Shown here one piece after another: positions 8,875-19,433 of a stretch of DNA of 64,000 nucleotides; position 1 is the stretch's first letter, and each line of letters opens with the position of its first letter. The DNA is from Candidatus Omnitrophota bacterium. Lineage in GTDB: Bacteria > Omnitrophota > Gorgyraeia > S143-82. The translations under genes were made by a program, and so were the position numbers. A model generated the notes under the pieces. The model was not told the DNA's origin. It made no database searches and saw nothing but the letters and a program-made list of their open reading frames with translations. The stretch covers positions 25,030 to 89,029 of the forward strand of contig WGBD01000001.1 of assembly GCA_015494465.1 (NCBI GenBank), in the 5' to 3' direction.

Positions 8875-9621
8875 TCAGGTCAACACTTGGACCTCTCCAT
8901 CCAGAATAGCGATGGTGTGTTCGTAATGAGCACTCTTTTTACCGTCTAAGGTCCTAACGGTCCAGCCGTCCTCGGGATCTATACGGACCTTCCAAGTGCC
9001 TGCGTTTACCATTGGCTCTATCGCCAGAACCATCCCGGGGGATATGCGCTCACCCCTTCCCGGCTGTCCGTAATTTGGCACCATCGGGGGCTCGTGGATG
9101 TCAAACCCTACACCGTGTCCTACAAAATCCCTCACCACCGAGAAACCTGCCTTCTCAACCGTGCGCTGTATCGTGTAGGATATGTCCCCTATGTGGGTGG
9201 CAGTCTCGGCCTTCTTTATCGCCCGCTGAAGGGCCAAGAGGGTGGTCTCCATCAACCGCCTATCCTCTTCATTCACCTCACCGATGGCAAAGGTCCAGGC
9301 GGAATCCGCATAATACCCGCCTTTCTCTACCCCAACGTCTATGCCAACTATATCTGATTCCCTCAACACCTTCTTCTCCGAAGGTATCCCGTGAACCACC
9401 TCCTCGTTGACGGATATGCAACTCGCCGAGGGATATCCCCTATACCCTTTAAAGGCAGGTCTGGCCCCGTGATCCCTTATGTAGGTCTCTATAAACTTAT
9501 CTATCTCCTTAGTGGACACTCCGGGGACCAGTTTCTCCGGGAGTATTTCAAAGAGCGAATGTATTATCCGGCCCGCCTCTGCAATGCCCTCGATATCCTC
9601 GGGCCCTTTCAAGCGTATCAT
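8875..9621 (-). CDS. map: methionine aminopeptidase type I
   Basis: 248 aa; metal-ligand context DIVGIDVG, HGVGFDIHE; located between adk and infA as in many spc/alpha clusters. Confidence 0.9.
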   Translation of the reverse strand: MIRLKGPEDIEGIAEAGRIIHSLFEILPEKLVPGVSTKEIDKFIETYIRDHGARPAFKGYRGYPSASCISVNEEVVHGIPSEKKVLRESDIVGIDVGVEKGGYYADSAWTFAIGEVNEEDRRLMETTLLALQRAIKKAETATHIGDISYTIQRTVEKAGFSVVRDFVGHGVGFDIHEPPMVPNYGQPGRGERISPGMVLAIEPMVNAGTWKVRIDPEDGWTVRTLDGKKSAHYEHTIAILDGEVQVLT

Positions 9622-10271
9622 AGGGAGTTCAATATGTTCTCTATCTGCTTGAAGGTCTCTTCTGCGGAGACCTCACTGTTCACCTCAAAGAGGATACCTT
9701 TCTGCCTATAGAAATCCACTAAAGGTGCGGTCTGCTGGTTGTAGACCTCAAACCTCTGCTTGATGACCTCTTCTTTGTCGTCCTCGCGCTGGTATAGCTC
9801 CCCTCCGCAGATGTCACAGCGCATGTCGTTCTTCGGGGGCTTGTTTACCCTGTGATATATCGCCCCGCAGTTCCGACATATCAGGCGACCGGTCAACCTC
9901 ATCCTCACCACTTCCCAAGAGACTTTGAGGTAGATAACTGCGGTCAGTTCCCTGCCTATCTCCTTCAGGAGTTCATCCAATGCCTCCGCTTGGGCGACGG
10001 TGCGGGGAAAACCGTCCAACAGAAATCCCTTCTCCTTCGGCAGGGCCAACAGTTTCTCCCTTATCATACCGATGATCACCTCGTCGGGGACCAGTTCGCC
10101 CTTCTCCACGTATTCCTTTGCCTTCTTCCCCAACTCGCTCCCTGCCTTCATCTCCGCCCGCAAGATATCCCCGGTGGAGAGGTGCTCCAATCCGAGGCGC
10201 TCTCTCAATATCTCTGCCTGCGTGCCCTTTCCCGCCCCGGGTGGTCCCAATAGAACGAGATTCGCCGTCAT
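9618..10271 (-). CDS. adk: adenylate kinase (Cys4 zinc-lid type)
   Basis: P-loop GPPGAGKGTQ; lid CRNCGAIYH...CDICGGEL; ORF track start 10436 is an artefactual extension overlapping secY, ATG at 10271 gives a normal 217 aa. Confidence 0.9.
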   Translation of the reverse strand: MTANLVLLGPPGAGKGTQAEILRERLGLEHLSTGDILRAEMKAGSELGKKAKEYVEKGELVPDEVIIGMIREKLLALPKEKGFLLDGFPRTVAQAEALDELLKEIGRELTAVIYLKVSWEVVRMRLTGRLICRNCGAIYHRVNKPPKNDMRCDICGGELYQREDDKEEVIKQRFEVYNQQTAPLVDFYRQKGILFEVNSEVSAEETFKQIENILNSL

Positions 10272-11599
10272 CCGTACCTCCTCCCCCTTATCCTTCCCGA
10301 ACGGATAAATCCATCGTAGTGTCTCATAAGCAGGTGCGACTCTATCTGTCTTATCGTGTCCAGCAATACGCCGACGACTATCAATATACCCGTCCCTCCG
10401 AAGAACTGGGAGACCAGATAGGGGATGTTCAACCACCGGCTCAACAACATCGGTATCACCGCTATGATGGCCAAGAATATCGCACCAAGGGTGGTAACCT
10501 TTATCATAACGTCGTAAAGGTACTCTGCGGTGGGCATGCCCGGTCTTATGCCGGGGATGAATCCACCGTACTTTTTCAGGTTATCCGCGATGTCCAAGGG
10601 ACGGAATATTATCTGGGTGTAAAAGAAGGTAAAGAAGATTATCAGGGCCGAGTAAACCAATATGTAGGTTAGATCTGCGGTCCTTATCCAGTTGGCTACC
10701 TTTTCTATCCCAAACCGCAAACCCATACTGGCAAGGGTTGCGGGAAAGAGCAATACCGACTGGGCAAAGATTATGGGCATAACGCTGGCCTGATTGACCC
10801 GCAGGGGTATGTAGGAGGTTTGGCCACCGACAACCCGGGTTCCGCTTATCTTTCGGGCGTATTGGACCGGTATCTTGCGCTGTCCCTGAGTAATTGCGGT
10901 AACAAACCAGACCACCGCAAACAGCATTACTATCAGGAACACGACCACCTCCGGGCGGATCTGTCCGGTCTTGGCCAGGGTGTACAATTGGTAGATCGCA
11001 CCGGGCATACGGGAAAGGATACCTGCGGTAATAATCAGGGATATGCCGTTGCCTATCCCGTATTCCTGTATCTGTTCACCCAACCACATAATAAACGCGG
11101 TGCCGGTCGTAAGGGATATCATGGTCATTATCCTGAAGCCCCACCCCGGGAACAGGACCACCGCCTCGCCCCCTATACCGTTCTCGAGGTAAAGGGCGAT
11201 GAAGTAGGCCTGAAGGAGACACAATAGGATGGTCCCGTAGCGGGTGTACTGGAGTATCTGCCTATAACCGGTGGCTCCCTCCTTGGAGAGTTGTTCCAGC
11301 TTTGGTATCACCGGGGTGAGCAGTTGCAGTATTATGGACACCGATATGTAGGGCATTATACCCAAGGCAAAGATGGTCGCCCTCCGGAGTGCGCCTCCGG
11401 AGAAGAGGTTCATCAGCCCGAACAGACCACCACCCGCCTGCTTGGCGAGGTTGTCGAATATCTGGGCCAGTTTCAGACTGTCTATACCGGGGATCGGAAT
11501 GTAGGCACCTATCCTGTAGACGACCAACAGGCCCAAGGTGATGAGGAGTTTCTTTCGCAGGTCCTCTATCTTGAATATGTTGACGAAGGTCTTTAACAT
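10268..11599 (-). CDS. secY: preprotein translocase subunit SecY
   Basis: 443 aa polytopic membrane protein between rplO and adk. Confidence 0.95.
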   Translation of the reverse strand: MLKTFVNIFKIEDLRKKLLITLGLLVVYRIGAYIPIPGIDSLKLAQIFDNLAKQAGGGLFGLMNLFSGGALRRATIFALGIMPYISVSIILQLLTPVIPKLEQLSKEGATGYRQILQYTRYGTILLCLLQAYFIALYLENGIGGEAVVLFPGWGFRIMTMISLTTGTAFIMWLGEQIQEYGIGNGISLIITAGILSRMPGAIYQLYTLAKTGQIRPEVVVFLIVMLFAVVWFVTAITQGQRKIPVQYARKISGTRVVGGQTSYIPLRVNQASVMPIIFAQSVLLFPATLASMGLRFGIEKVANWIRTADLTYILVYSALIIFFTFFYTQIIFRPLDIADNLKKYGGFIPGIRPGMPTAEYLYDVMIKVTTLGAIFLAIIAVIPMLLSRWLNIPYLVSQFFGGTGILIVVGVLLDTIRQIESHLLMRHYDGFIRSGRIRGRRYG

Positions 11600-12045
11600 C
11601 AGGCTATGAGTTCTACCTCACCGCCAGCGGATTTCACCTTTTCCACCGCTGACCTTGATGCCTTGTGGACCTTTATCCTGAAGGCGACGGTAACCTCACC
11701 GTTGCCCAAGAGTTTTACCTTGGTGTGCTTCTTAACGAGGCCCTTTCTCAAGAGGTCCTCAGGGGTTATCTCACCTCCGTTGGGGAACACTGTGGAGAGT
11801 TTACCCACATTAACTATGCTGTACTCCTCAGCAAAGGCCCGGTTGTTGAAGCCCCTCTTGGGTATGCGCCTTATCAGGGGCATCTGGCCTCCCTCAAAAC
11901 CGGGATAGACGCCCGGTCCCGAGCGGGCCTTGGCACCTTTGTGCCCCCTTCCGGAGGTCTTGTCCATACCCGAACCGACTCCCCTGCCCACGCGCTTGGG
12001 GGAGGTATTTGCCCCTTTAGGCATCCTTATATCCTGCAATCCCAT
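11599..12045 (-). CDS. rplO: 50S ribosomal protein L15
   Basis: 148 aa, Gly/Arg-rich N-terminus; spc operon position. Confidence 0.95.
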   Translation of the reverse strand: MGLQDIRMPKGANTSPKRVGRGVGSGMDKTSGRGHKGAKARSGPGVYPGFEGGQMPLIRRIPKRGFNNRAFAEEYSIVNVGKLSTVFPNGGEITPEDLLRKGLVKKHTKVKLLGNGEVTVAFRIKVHKASRSAVEKVKSAGGEVELIA

Positions 12046-12060
12046 ATATCGTCTCCTCCT

Positions 12061-12564
12061 TTACTCTACCTTCTCGTCCTCTCCCAAGGGAGGAGGCGGT
12101 GTCATCTTCAACTTGGAAAACCCGTTCATCGCTGCCTTTATCAGGTTCACCGGGGTGTTGGACTTGAGGGACTTGGTCAATATATCCTGTATACCTGCCG
12201 CCTCGCAGAGGGCACGCACCACCTCGCCGGCGATGATACCGGTTCCGCGAGAGGCCGGCTTCATAACCACCTTGGAGGCGCCGAACTCCCCTATCACATC
12301 GTGGGGGATGGTGTGCCCCTTTATGGGTATCCAGACCATGTTCTGCCTTGCCTTCATCAGCCCTTTCCGGATCGCATCTATCACCTCATTGGCCTTACCA
12401 AGGGCATATCCCACCTTGCCCTTTCCGTTCCCCACAACGACGAGGGCGGAGAAGGAAAGTTTCTTCCCTCCGGTGGTGACCTTGGTGACCCTCTTTATCT
12501 GCAATACCTTTTCGTAAACTATCTCGTCTTGCTGCTCCTGAGTCTGCTTGTTGACCTCTGCCAT
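12061..12564 (-). CDS. rpsE: 30S ribosomal protein S5
   Basis: 167 aa; ...VTKVTTGGKKLSFSALVVVGNGKG... S5 dsRBD signature. Confidence 0.95.
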   Translation of the reverse strand: MAEVNKQTQEQQDEIVYEKVLQIKRVTKVTTGGKKLSFSALVVVGNGKGKVGYALGKANEVIDAIRKGLMKARQNMVWIPIKGHTIPHDVIGEFGASKVVMKPASRGTGIIAGEVVRALCEAAGIQDILTKSLKSNTPVNLIKAAMNGFSKLKMTPPPPLGEDEKVE

Positions 12565-12935
12565 CAGAACTTGATCCCTCCTTTCCTCATACCCTCAGCG
12601 CAGGCCTTTACCCTGCCGTGGTATCTATACCCGGCCCTGTCAAAGGCTATCTCTTCAATACCCTTTTCCTTAAGGCGTTTGGCCATAAGTTCTCCCACCT
12701 TCTCGGCTGCCTCCACATTTCCCCCATAGGAGATCTGATCCCTTATCTCCGGGGAGAGAGTAGAGGCACCGGTTATCACTATCCCCCGCTCGTCGTCTAC
12801 TGCCTGGACATAGAAGTGGCGCAGGCTCCTGTAGACCACCACCCTCGGCTTCTCTGCGGTCCCGAACATCTTCTTCAATATATGCTTGTGCCTGCGCTCT
12901 TTTCTCTTGCGCTTCTCCTTCGGATCCATTCCCAT
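12564..12935 (-). CDS. rplR: 50S ribosomal protein L18
   Basis: 123 aa; L18 family; operon position. Confidence 0.95.
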   Translation of the reverse strand: MGMDPKEKRKRKERRHKHILKKMFGTAEKPRVVVYRSLRHFYVQAVDDERGIVITGASTLSPEIRDQISYGGNVEAAEKVGELMAKRLKEKGIEEIAFDRAGYRYHGRVKACAEGMRKGGIKF

Positions 12936-12965
12936 AGCAAATCCTCCCAGTGAGGCTATCTTTCG

Positions 12966-13511
12966 TTACTTCTTACCGGCGGCCTTACCCGCCTTCCTGC
13001 GTATCTTCTCGCCGACGTATCTTATCCCCTTGCCCTTGTACGGCTCGGGTGGTCTTATCTTCCTTATCTCCGCTGCTACCTGACCTACCTTCTGCTTGTC
13101 TATCCCCTCCACCACTATCTGGGTGGGCTTCGGGGTCTGGATGTTTACTCCCTCGGGTATGGGGTAGACCACCGGATGGGAATAGCCCACTTCCAAGACC
13201 AACTCCTTGCCCTTCAACTGGGCCTTATAACCCACACCCACCATCTCCAGTTCCTTTTTATAGCCCTGAGTAACCCCGATTATCATGTTGTTTATCAGAC
13301 TGCGATACAACCCGTGCAGGGCCTTGTCCATCTTCAGATCGGTGGGACGCTCCACCCTTACCTGTCCGTCTTCCACCACTATCTTGATTCTCGGGGAAAC
13401 CTGCAGGGTGAGTTTCCCTTTCGGTCCCTCAACGGTGACTATATTGGCCTTATCCACGCTCACCTTAACGCCGTATGGCATAGGTATGGGCTTTTTCCCT
13501 ATCCTCGACAT
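12966..13511 (-). CDS. rplF: 50S ribosomal protein L6
   Basis: 181 aa; MSRIGKKPIPMPYGVKV... typical L6 start. Confidence 0.95.
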   Translation of the reverse strand: MSRIGKKPIPMPYGVKVSVDKANIVTVEGPKGKLTLQVSPRIKIVVEDGQVRVERPTDLKMDKALHGLYRSLINNMIIGVTQGYKKELEMVGVGYKAQLKGKELVLEVGYSHPVVYPIPEGVNIQTPKPTQIVVEGIDKQKVGQVAAEIRKIRPPEPYKGKGIRYVGEKIRRKAGKAAGKK

Positions 13512-13523
13512 AGACCTTTCTCC

Positions 13524-13919
13524 TTAATAGATGTAACAGATGTACTCTCCGCCGACTCTCAACTTCTTTGCGTCCTTATTGGTGATAACCCCTTTGGAGG
13601 TGGACAAAACCGCTATGCCTACACCCCGCTTCACATTGGGGAGGTTTTCGAGATCCACGTAGATCCGCCTACCCGGCTTGGAGACCCTGACTATCTCGCT
13701 GAAGGCGGGCTCGCCTTCTATGTATCGCAGATGTATCTCCAGTATCCCCTGCTTGTTGTCCTCTATATACCTGTATCCCCTTATGTATCCGTGATCCCTG
13801 AAAATGTCCAGTATCCTGCGTTTCAGGTTAGAGGCAGGTACGCGCACTACCTCCTTGCGCGCCATACCCGCATTCCTTATCGCGGTCAACATATCGGCAA
13901 TCGGATCGCTTACGCTCAT
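13524..13919 (-). CDS. rpsH: 30S ribosomal protein S8
   Basis: 131 aa; MSVSDPIADMLTAIRNA... typical S8 start. Confidence 0.95.
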   Translation of the reverse strand: MSVSDPIADMLTAIRNAGMARKEVVRVPASNLKRRILDIFRDHGYIRGYRYIEDNKQGILEIHLRYIEGEPAFSEIVRVSKPGRRIYVDLENLPNVKRGVGIAVLSTSKGVITNKDAKKLRVGGEYICYIY

Positions 13920-13932
13920 GAACCTTCCCTCC

Positions 13933-14118
13933 TTACCAGGAAGCGTGCCTTACGCCGGGAATTTCTCCCTTCCAAGCCATCTCACGAAAACATATCCTGC
14001 ACAATCCAAACCGGCTCAGGTAGGCCCTTGGCCGTCCGCATATATGACAACGATTGTACTTCCTCACCTTGAATTTCGGCTCCCTCTTCCACTTCTCTAT
14101 CATTGCCTTCTTGGCCAT
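13933..14118 (-). CDS. rpsZ: 30S ribosomal protein S14 type Z (zinc-binding)
   Basis: 61 aa with [23 protein letters not shown] Cys4 motif. Confidence 0.95.
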   Translation of the reverse strand: MAKKAMIEKWKREPKFKVRKYNRCHICGRPRAYLSRFGLCRICFREMAWKGEIPGVRHASW

Positions 14119-14129
14119 AGTCCCTCCTG

Positions 14130-14681
14130 TTATCTCTTTCTAAAAGGCATTCCCAACAATTCGAGCAGTGCCTTCGCCTCCTCGTCGGTCTCTGCAGTGG
14201 TGACGAAGGCGATGTCCATACCCTGCACCCGACTGACCTTATCCAGGTCTATCTCCGGAAAAATGGTCTGCTCCGCTATGCCCAGATTGTAATTCCCCCG
14301 CCCGTCAAAGGAGGACAACGGCACACCCCGGAAGTCCCTCAACCTGGGCAGTATGATGTTAACGAACCTGTCGAAGAACTCGTACATCCTCGCTCGTCTA
14401 AGGGTGACTTTACAGCCAACCGGCATACCCCTTCTTATCTTGAAGTTGGATATAGACTTCCTCGCCCTGCGGATGGCCGGCCTCTGGCCGGTTATCATCG
14501 CCAGATCATCCATTGCGGATTCCAACAACTTTATGTCCCGCGCTGCCTCACCTATACCCATATTTATCACTATCTTCTCCAGACGGGGCACCTGCATAAC
14601 CGATTCATATCCGAACCGGTTCATCAACTCCGGCACTATCTCTTCCCTGTATTTCTTAAGCAGTCTGGGCACGATTGCCAT
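14130..14681 (-). CDS. rplE: 50S ribosomal protein L5
   Basis: 183 aa; L5 family; operon position. Confidence 0.95.
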   Translation of the reverse strand: MAIVPRLLKKYREEIVPELMNRFGYESVMQVPRLEKIVINMGIGEAARDIKLLESAMDDLAMITGQRPAIRRARKSISNFKIRRGMPVGCKVTLRRARMYEFFDRFVNIILPRLRDFRGVPLSSFDGRGNYNLGIAEQTIFPEIDLDKVSRVQGMDIAFVTTAETDEEAKALLELLGMPFRKR

Positions 14682-14696
14682 CTCGCTTTTCCCTCC

Positions 14697-15026
14697 TTAA
14701 ACGATCGCTCCACAGGACCTGCATATCCTGACCTTCTTACCATCCGACTCCACGCGAAATCCGACCCTAACACCACGCTTGCACTCGGGGCAGTAGAGCA
14801 TAACATTGGAGATGTCCATAGGCATCTCCACCTCTGTTATCCCGCCGGGCAACTCCTCGCTTATCCTTCTCACATGCTTCTTTGCCTTGTTCACGCCTTC
14901 CACGAGGACCTTGCCCTTGTCCCTGAGGACGCGCAGGACGCGCCCCATCTTGCCCTTGTCCTTGCCGGTTATAACCACGACCGTGTCGTCTTTCTTTATC
15001 TTCTTGAACTTCAACATCCCTATCAC
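14697..15026 (-). CDS. rplX: 50S ribosomal protein L24
   Basis: 109 aa; KOW motif region ...[16 protein letters not shown]... Confidence 0.95.
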   Translation of the reverse strand: MIGMLKFKKIKKDDTVVVITGKDKGKMGRVLRVLRDKGKVLVEGVNKAKKHVRRISEELPGGITEVEMPMDISNVMLYCPECKRGVRVGFRVESDGKKVRICRSCGAIV

Positions 15027-15027
15027 C

Positions 15028-15396
15028 TCACAAGACTTCCGGTGCCAAAGATACTATCTTCATGAAATTTCTATCCCTGAGTTCCCGGGCGATGGGCCCA
15101 AAGACCCTCGTGCCCTTGGGATTGCCCTGATTGTCTATTATGACCACCGCATTGCTGTCAAACCTGACGACCGTTCCGTCCTTCCTGCGGATCGGAAACT
15201 TCTGCCTGACCACCACTGCCTTGACCACCGACCCCTTCTTTATCGGTGAATTCGGCAGGGCCTCCTTCACCGAACAGGTGATAACATCTCCCACCTGCGC
15301 ATAGCGGGAGTTCTTTTTATGTATTACGCCTATGCAGGCAACCTTCTTCGCCCCGCTGTTGTCAGCAACCACCAGACGAGTGCGCATCTGAATCAT
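15028..15396 (-). CDS. rplN: 50S ribosomal protein L14
   Basis: 122 aa; [24 protein letters not shown]... typical L14. Confidence 0.95.
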   Translation of the reverse strand: MIQMRTRLVVADNSGAKKVACIGVIHKKNSRYAQVGDVITCSVKEALPNSPIKKGSVVKAVVVRQKFPIRRKDGTVVRFDSNAVVIIDNQGNPKGTRVFGPIARELRDRNFMKIVSLAPEVL

Positions 15397-15641
15397 TTCA
15401 GCACCTCCAACAGCCTCCAGCGCTTCTCCTTAGAAAGGGGACGCGTCTCTATAAACCGCACCCGATCTCCAACCTTGGCAGTTTCTTTCTCGTCGTGGAC
15501 CTTGTACTTCTTCCTGACCTTCACCCTCTTCTTATAGAGCGGATGCTCCACCATTCGCTCGACCATCACGACGATAGTCTTCTGCATCTTATCGCTGACC
15601 ACAACGCCTTCCAATATCCTCTTCCTACTGCGCATAATCAC
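15393..15641 (-). CDS. rpsQ: 30S ribosomal protein S17
   Basis: 82 aa; OB-fold S17; operon position. Confidence 0.95.
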   Translation of the reverse strand: MIMRSRKRILEGVVVSDKMQKTIVVMVERMVEHPLYKKRVKVRKKYKVHDEKETAKVGDRVRFIETRPLSKEKRWRLLEVLK

Positions 15642-15844
15642 TTCTCCTGAGTTCTGGCCAACTCTCTCTCCCGCAAGATGGTTAGAATCCGGGCAATGTC
15701 CTTCTTTATGGCCTTGAACAGATGAGGCTTATCCGCCCCGGTAACCGCATGCTTCATCCTCAACTCGAAGAGTTGCTTCTTAAGGGCCAGGAGTTTATCC
15801 TGCAGCATCTGATCGTCCCACTCTCGCAAATCCCTTGCCTTCAT
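15638..15844 (-). CDS. rpmC: 50S ribosomal protein L29
   Basis: 68 aa helical protein between rplP and rpsQ. Confidence 0.9.
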   Translation of the reverse strand: MKARDLREWDDQMLQDKLLALKKQLFELRMKHAVTGADKPHLFKAIKKDIARILTILRERELARTQEK

Positions 15845-15848
15845 AGTC

Positions 15849-16265
15849 TCACTCCATCGTTCTGGTCACGAACTTGGTCCGAAACGGCAGTTTGTAGGAG
15901 GCGGTCCTTATCGCCTCTCTCGCAAGGTCCTCGGGAACACCTGCTATCTCAAACAGTATCTTGCCCCGATGGACCACTGCAACCCAGCCCTCAGGAGAGC
16001 CCTTCCCCTTACCCATTCGGGTCTCCGCGGGCTTTTTGGTGTAGGACTTATCGGGAAATACCTTTATCCAGACCTTACCGCCCCTCTTAAGTTTCCTGCT
16101 TATGGCAACCCTGGCTGCCTCCAACTGGGTGGCGGTAAGCCAGGCGTTCTCTAAAGCCTTTATGCCGTATTCGCCAAAGGTGAGTTTACTGCCTCTAACC
16201 GCAATCCCCTTGCGGGTCCCTCTTTGGTGCTTTCTGTACTTGACTCTACTGGGCATCAAAGGCAT
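15849..16265 (-). CDS. rplP: 50S ribosomal protein L16
   Basis: 138 aa; [16 protein letters not shown]... typical L16. Confidence 0.95.
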   Translation of the reverse strand: MPLMPSRVKYRKHQRGTRKGIAVRGSKLTFGEYGIKALENAWLTATQLEAARVAISRKLKRGGKVWIKVFPDKSYTKKPAETRMGKGKGSPEGWVAVVHRGKILFEIAGVPEDLAREAIRTASYKLPFRTKFVTRTME

Positions 16266-16277
16266 AGCGCGTCCTCC

Positions 16278-16952
16278 TCACACGAACATCTCCATCTGCT
16301 CCTTGAAGATCTCCTTCAACGGCTTGCCCTCGCCGTGATAGACCCACACCTTTACACCGATGGTACCATATGTGGTCTGGGCCTCGGAGAGGGCGTAATC
16401 TATATCCGCCTTTAAGGTGGACAAGGGGACCTTACCTGCCCTGTACTTCTCGGTCCGGGCTATCTCTGCCCCGCCAAGCCTTCCACCTATCTCTATCTTT
16501 ATCCCCTGGGCGCCGGCCTGCATTGCCTGCTCTATCGCCCGCTTCACCGCCCGCTTGTAAGGGATGCGCTTCTCTATCTGATAGGCGATGTTGTCTGCGA
16601 TTATCTGGGCATCGGTCTCAGGGACGCTCACCTCTTCGGTGTCTATCCTGACCTCCTGATCGGTCGCTATCTGTTCTATCTCGTTCTTGAGTTTCTCTAT
16701 CTCCGCACCCTTGCGCCCGATTATCACCCCCGGACGGGCAGTGTATATTATTACCCGAAGGTTATTTTCTCCATAGCGCTCTATCTCTACCCGGCTGACC
16801 GCTGCGTGTCTCAGCTTCTTGCGGATGTGATCCCTAATCCTGCGGTCCTCTATAACATACTTGACGAACTTTGGCCCTTTGGCGAACCAGCGAGACCGCC
16901 AGTCCTTTATGTAACCGACACGCAACACGAAAGGATGTACCTTCTGTCCCAT
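16278..16952 (-). CDS. rpsC: 30S ribosomal protein S3
   Basis: 224 aa; MGQKVHPFVLRVGYIKDWRSRWFA... typical S3 (KH domain). Confidence 0.95.
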   Translation of the reverse strand: MGQKVHPFVLRVGYIKDWRSRWFAKGPKFVKYVIEDRRIRDHIRKKLRHAAVSRVEIERYGENNLRVIIYTARPGVIIGRKGAEIEKLKNEIEQIATDQEVRIDTEEVSVPETDAQIIADNIAYQIEKRIPYKRAVKRAIEQAMQAGAQGIKIEIGGRLGGAEIARTEKYRAGKVPLSTLKADIDYALSEAQTTYGTIGVKVWVYHGEGKPLKEIFKEQMEMFV

Positions 16953-16953
16953 A

Positions 16954-17343
16954 TTACTCCTCGTCTCCTTGGGTTAAATCTGTGCTCTCGTGCACACTAT
17001 CTTTGGTCTCCGGATATCGGACATCCAGTTCCACGGTTATGTGGGCGGTGCGCTTGCGGATGGGCATCGCCCTGCCCATGGTACCTGCCCTCCAGCGGTG
17101 CCATATCGGCCCGGGATCCGCACATATCTTGGATATGTAAAGGGCCTCGAGGGGAATATTCTTCTGCAAGGCGTTGTTTACCGCCGACTTCAACACCTTA
17201 TAAACCGGGTACTTTGCCCGCTTGTTCACGCCCAACAATATCTTTTCCGCCTCCAAGACGCTCTTTCCCCGGAGGTGGTCTATGACGTATCTGACCTTCC
17301 TCGGGGACATCCTTACGTATCTGGCTATCGCTCTAGCGACCAT
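16954..17343 (-). CDS. rplV: 50S ribosomal protein L22
   Basis: 129 aa; MVARAIARYVRMSPRKVRYV... typical L22. Confidence 0.95.
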   Translation of the reverse strand: MVARAIARYVRMSPRKVRYVIDHLRGKSVLEAEKILLGVNKRAKYPVYKVLKSAVNNALQKNIPLEALYISKICADPGPIWHRWRAGTMGRAMPIRKRTAHITVELDVRYPETKDSVHESTDLTQGDEE

Positions 17344-17356
17344 ATCAAGCCCTTCC

Positions 17357-17644
17357 TCACTTCCTCGCCATCGCCTTCTTGGCCTTTATACCACCGTGCT
17401 GGATGAACTTGCGAGTAGGGGCAAACTCGCCCAGTTTGTGCCCTACCATATTCTCGGTGACATAGACCGAAACGAACTTATGCCCGTCGTAAACCGCAAA
17501 TGTGTGTCCGACGAACTCCGGGATTATGTCCGACCTGCGGGACCAGGTCTTTATCGGGGTCCTGTCCCCGGTCTCCTTGGCCTTCATAACCTTTTTGAGG
17601 AGTTTTGGATCTACGTATGGACCTTTCTTAAGAGACCTTGGCAT
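17357..17644 (-). CDS. rpsS: 30S ribosomal protein S19
   Basis: 95 aa; [19 protein letters not shown]... typical S19. Confidence 0.95.
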   Translation of the reverse strand: MPRSLKKGPYVDPKLLKKVMKAKETGDRTPIKTWSRRSDIIPEFVGHTFAVYDGHKFVSVYVTENMVGHKLGEFAPTRKFIQHGGIKAKKAMARK

Positions 17645-17653
17645 AATCCCTCC

Positions 17654-18484
17654 TTACTTGCGTCTCCTGACGATGAGTTTATCAGACGGCTTCTTCTTGC
17701 GGGTCTTTTTACCCTTGGTGTTCCATCCCCAGGGGCTGACCGGATGAGGATTACCCTGAGGCGCCTTACCTTCACCACCACCGTGAGGGTGGTCAACCGG
17801 ATTCATCGCAACACCCCTGACGATGGGCCTGCGCCCCAACCAGCGCATCCTACCTGCCTTACCTATCACTATGGAATCGTGCTCGGGGTTGCTCACCTGC
17901 CCCACAGTGGCAAGGCAGTCCTGTAGGAACAACCGCACCTCACCCGACGGCATCTTTATGTGGGCATACTTACCTTCCTTGGCCATCAACTGGACACTCG
18001 TACCCGCGGACCGGGCAATCTGCCCGCCCTTGCCGGGATAGAGCTCGAGGTTGTGGAGTATGGTGCCCAGCGGTATAAACCTCAACGGCATCGCATTACC
18101 GGGTTTGACCTCTACTACCTGTGAACGGGAACTTATAACCGTATCCCCGACCTTCAAGCCCAGCGGAGCGATGATGTACCGCTTCTCTCCGTCCTCGTAC
18201 TGAATTAGAGCAATCCTCGCACTCCGGTTGGGATCGTACTCTATGGACAGAACCTTCGCGGGAATGTCAAACTTGTTGCGCTTGAAGTCTATTATCCTAT
18301 ACCTGCGCTTGTGCCCTCCACCCCGGTGCCTTACGGTGATGCGACCGTAAACATTGCGGCCGCCGGTTTTTTTCAGCGGAGCCAGAAGCGACTTCTCCGG
18401 TTCGGTTTTGGTAATCTCCTCGAAGGTGTATCCCGTCATCCAGCGACGGGAAGGAGTAACTGGTTTATAGCGCTTGATACCCAT
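17654..18484 (-). CDS. rplB: 50S ribosomal protein L2
   Basis: Internal start [17 protein letters not shown]... is the canonical L2 N-terminus; ORF track start at 18571 overlaps rplW and is an artefact of longest-ORF calling. Confidence 0.92.
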   Translation of the reverse strand: MGIKRYKPVTPSRRWMTGYTFEEITKTEPEKSLLAPLKKTGGRNVYGRITVRHRGGGHKRRYRIIDFKRNKFDIPAKVLSIEYDPNRSARIALIQYEDGEKRYIIAPLGLKVGDTVISSRSQVVEVKPGNAMPLRFIPLGTILHNLELYPGKGGQIARSAGTSVQLMAKEGKYAHIKMPSGEVRLFLQDCLATVGQVSNPEHDSIVIGKAGRMRWLGRRPIVRGVAMNPVDHPHGGGEGKAPQGNPHPVSPWGWNTKGKKTRKKKPSDKLIVRRRK

Positions 18485-18486
18485 CT

Positions 18487-18771
18487 CTAACTTCCTGTCT
18501 CTATCTTGTGTCCCTTCTCCAGCGTTACTATGGCCTTCTTCCACTCGCCGGTATGCCCTTCCAAGCCCCACCTAATCCTCTTGGGCTTGCCGGGCATAAT
18601 CATAGTGTTGACCTTCTTTACCTTCACGTTAAAAATCTCTTCGACTGCCTTGCGAATTTCTATCTTGTTGACCGACTTTGGCACGACGAAAGTGTACTTG
18701 TTGTACCCCTGCTGGTCGACCGACTTCTCAGATTGGTATAAGAATTTGATTATATCGTACTTAGTTTTCAT
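18487..18771 (-). CDS. rplW: 50S ribosomal protein L23
   Basis: 94 aa; L23 family; between rplD and rplB. Confidence 0.95.
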   Translation of the reverse strand: MKTKYDIIKFLYQSEKSVDQQGYNKYTFVVPKSVNKIEIRKAVEEIFNVKVKKVNTMIMPGKPKRIRWGLEGHTGEWKKAIVTLEKGHKIETGS

Positions 18772-19417
18772 CTGTCAATCCCTTTCTTTTGGTTCTGTCC
18801 ATCAATACCGCCCATGCCTCAACGTCTACTACCACCTTGTCCGCCCACATAAGATCGTAGGGATTAACATCTTTGGCCAGAAGGACCCATACATCAGGGA
18901 TGTTCCGCGAGGCCAGATACAGGTTATTGCTTATCTGGTTAACGACCACCAGACAATTGTCCACACCCGGCTCAACGCCAATCTTCTTGAGGGCCTGGGC
19001 AAACTCCTTGGTCTTGGGAGAACTGGCGTCAAGATCCTTTACCAGAAGGACCTTCGCCTCCTCAAGGGCACGCTTGAGGGCTGCCCGATAGGCGGACAAT
19101 CGCAGGGAACGAGTTATCTTCTGGGAGAAGTCTCTTGGCTTGGGCCCAAATACGACTCCTCCACCCCGCCAGAGAGGAGATCTGATGGATCCTGCCCTTG
19201 CCCTTCCAGTTCCTTTCTGTCTCCACGGCTTCCTCCCGCCACCAGAGACCTCTCCTCTGGTCTTGGTGGAGGCGGTACCGCTCCTCTGATTGGCAAGGTA
19301 GGCCTTGATGTAGAAGTACAAAGGATTGTTGCCGTTCCCCTTAACCGGGATATCCTCCGGATTGAACTCCAGTTTACCGGTCTCGTTGCCGTTAAGATCC
19401 TTTATGCTCAGTTCCAT
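18761..19417 (-). CDS. rplD: 50S ribosomal protein L4
   Basis: MELSIKDLNGNETG... with GGGRKPWRQKGTGRARAGS signature; ORF track start 19459 overlaps rplC, ATG at 19417 preferred. Confidence 0.92.
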   Translation of the reverse strand: MELSIKDLNGNETGKLEFNPEDIPVKGNGNNPLYFYIKAYLANQRSGTASTKTRGEVSGGGRKPWRQKGTGRARAGSIRSPLWRGGGVVFGPKPRDFSQKITRSLRLSAYRAALKRALEEAKVLLVKDLDASSPKTKEFAQALKKIGVEPGVDNCLVVVNQISNNLYLASRNIPDVWVLLAKDVNPYDLMWADKVVVDVEAWAVLMDRTKRKGLTDEN

Positions 19418-19433
19418 CTCTTCACACCTCGCG

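Noticed and set aside
9618-10436. Long N-terminal extensions in ORF-track calls for adk, rplB (to 18571), rplD (to 19459), the helicase (to 3660) and the methylthiotransferase (to 48537)
   Set aside because: The extensions overlap upstream genes and precede canonical family N-termini; they result from longest-ORF calling with GTG/TTG starts, not real fusions.
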